NCBI GenBank assembly: GCA_963733375.1
Contig: CAVTDB010000016.1
Coordinates: 1 to 64,000, forward strand
From: Nitrospirota bacterium
Lineage (GTDB): Bacteria > Nitrospirota > JACRHJ01
Length of the DNA stretch: 64,000 nucleotides
Reading direction: 5' to 3'
Shown: in pieces, positions 62,444 through 64,000 of the stretch
Numbering within the stretch: the stretch's first letter is position 1
Layout of the letters: the number at the start of each line of letters is the position of its first letter
The notes under the pieces: model-generated
Seen by the model: the letters and a program-made list of their open reading frames with translations, nothing else
Databases searched by the model: none
What the model was told of the DNA's origin: nothing
Position numbers and translations under genes: made by a program

Positions 62444-64000
62444 CTACGTTACCACATCCAGCTTTATATGCAGTTCCCGGAGCTGCGCCTTGTCCACATC
62501 GGACGGCGCGTCGGTCATGAGGTCGGTCGCCTTCTGGGTCTTCGGGAACGCGATGACGTCTCTTATGGAGTCCGCGCCGGTGAGTATCATAGAGAGCCTG
62601 TCCAGGCCGAACGCGATGCCGCCGTGCGGCGGCGCGCCGAACTCCAGCGCCTCCAGCAGGAACCCGAACCGCTCCTTCGCTCGTTCCTCGTCAATCCCCA
62701 GCGCCTTGAACATCAGGGACTGCACCTCCGAGCGGTGGATACGGATGCTCCCGCCGCCGACTTCACTGCCGTTTAACACGATGTCGTACGCGAGCGCCCG
62801 GACCTTCTCCGGCTCCGTGAGCAGAAACGGCACGTCCTCTTCCATCGGCGCCGTGAACGGGTGGTGCATCGCCTCCCAGCGGCTTTCGTCGGAGTTCCAC
62901 TCGAACTGCGGGAAGTCCGTCACCCAGAGGAAATTGAACTTCGTGTCGTCTATCAGGCCAAGCCTTCTTGCTATTTCCAGCCGGAGCCTGCCCAGCACGT
63001 CGTCGGCGACTTTCTTTTTGTCGGCGACGAACACCAGCAGGTCCCCTTCTTCCGCATCAAGGGCTTTTCGATATTTCCGCAAGCGTCGCCTCGTCGAAGA
63101 ACTTCTTTATCGGAGACTCTATCCCCTGCGCCGTAACCTTCATCCAGGCCATCCCCTTCGCGCCGAAGGATATCGCGGTATTCGTCAGGTCCTCGATCTC
63201 TTTCCGAGACATCCCCGCGAGACCCTTGGCATTCAGGCCCTTTACCACGCCGCCTGACGCCAGGGCGCCTTTCATTACCTGGAACTCCGTAGCATTCACG
63301 ATTTCGGAGAGGTCCTTAAGCTCCAGCCCGAACCGCGTATCCGGCTTGTCCGAGCCGTATCTCTCCATCGCGTCCGCATAACTCATCCTGGGGAACGGGA
63401 CCGGCAGTTCGACGCCTTTTATCTCGCGGAATATCTCCCCCATCATCCGCTTCGATGAGCGAATATATATCCTCTTCATTGATGAAAGACATCTCCATGT
63501 CTATCTGGGTGAACTCCGGCTGGCGGTCGGCCCGCAGGTCCTCGTCGCGGAAGCATTTCACTATCTGGTAATATTTCTCGAAGCCGGACACCATAAGTAT
63601 CTGCTTGAAGAGCTGGGGCGACTGGGGCAGGGCGTAGAACTTCCCGACGTTCACCCGCGACGGGACCAGATAGTCCCGCGCGCCTTCCGGGGTGCTCTTG
63701 GTGAGCATCGGGGTCTCGACATCTATAAATGCCTCGTTATCCAGAAAACGCCGGACAGTCGCGCATATCCTGTGGCGCGTCATGAGCGCCTTCTGGAGCG
63801 GCCTGCGCCGGAGGTCCAGGTAGCGGTACTTGAGCTTGAGCGCCTCGGAGGCGTCGGTATCGTCGGTCAGAGGGAACGGGGGAGTCTTTGACGTATTTAA
63901 TATCTCAATTTGATTTATATATACTTCAATTTCGCCCGTCGGGCGGTCCGGGTTCGCGGTACCTTCCGGACGCATGAATACTTTACCTTTTACGGCAACG
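62444..64000 (-). CDS. aspS: Aspartate--tRNA ligase (5' end beyond window; two indels)
   Basis: [70 protein letters not shown]. Confidence 0.97.

Overview
High-GC bacterial chromosome segment, mostly housekeeping genes. Gene content (desulforedoxin, class II RNR, fchA-folD, cdaA-cdaR-glmM, DUF4912-GH57) suggests an anaerobe of Nitrospirota/Desulfobacterota type; this is inference, not a database result. About two dozen genes carry single-base indels, including essential ones (ileS, aspS, glmM, ftsH, tilS, folD, lspA), so I treat them as long-read errors and stitch the genes by eye. I found one elongator tRNA-Met(CAT), several palindromic repeat families, and no CRISPR array, integrase or transposase. 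Main leads: (1) a redox/C1 operon with an unannotated 38-aa desulforedoxin, NifU, a divergent AcsE-like pterin-binding protein coupled to an SDR that has lost its catalytic YxxxK, AmrS and a minimal NrdJ; (2) a solo 56-aa phage MuF-like Cys/His mini-gene with its own promoter and RBS; (3) an AT-rich HEPN-like gene inside an efflux operon; (4) an acetogen-type FchA plus cyclohydrolase-deficient FolD pair; (5) a repeat expansion in folP loop 1; (6) REP-like elements supplying an RBS and protein tails; (7) a TPR-Ser/Thr kinase directly after cdaA-cdaR-glmM.
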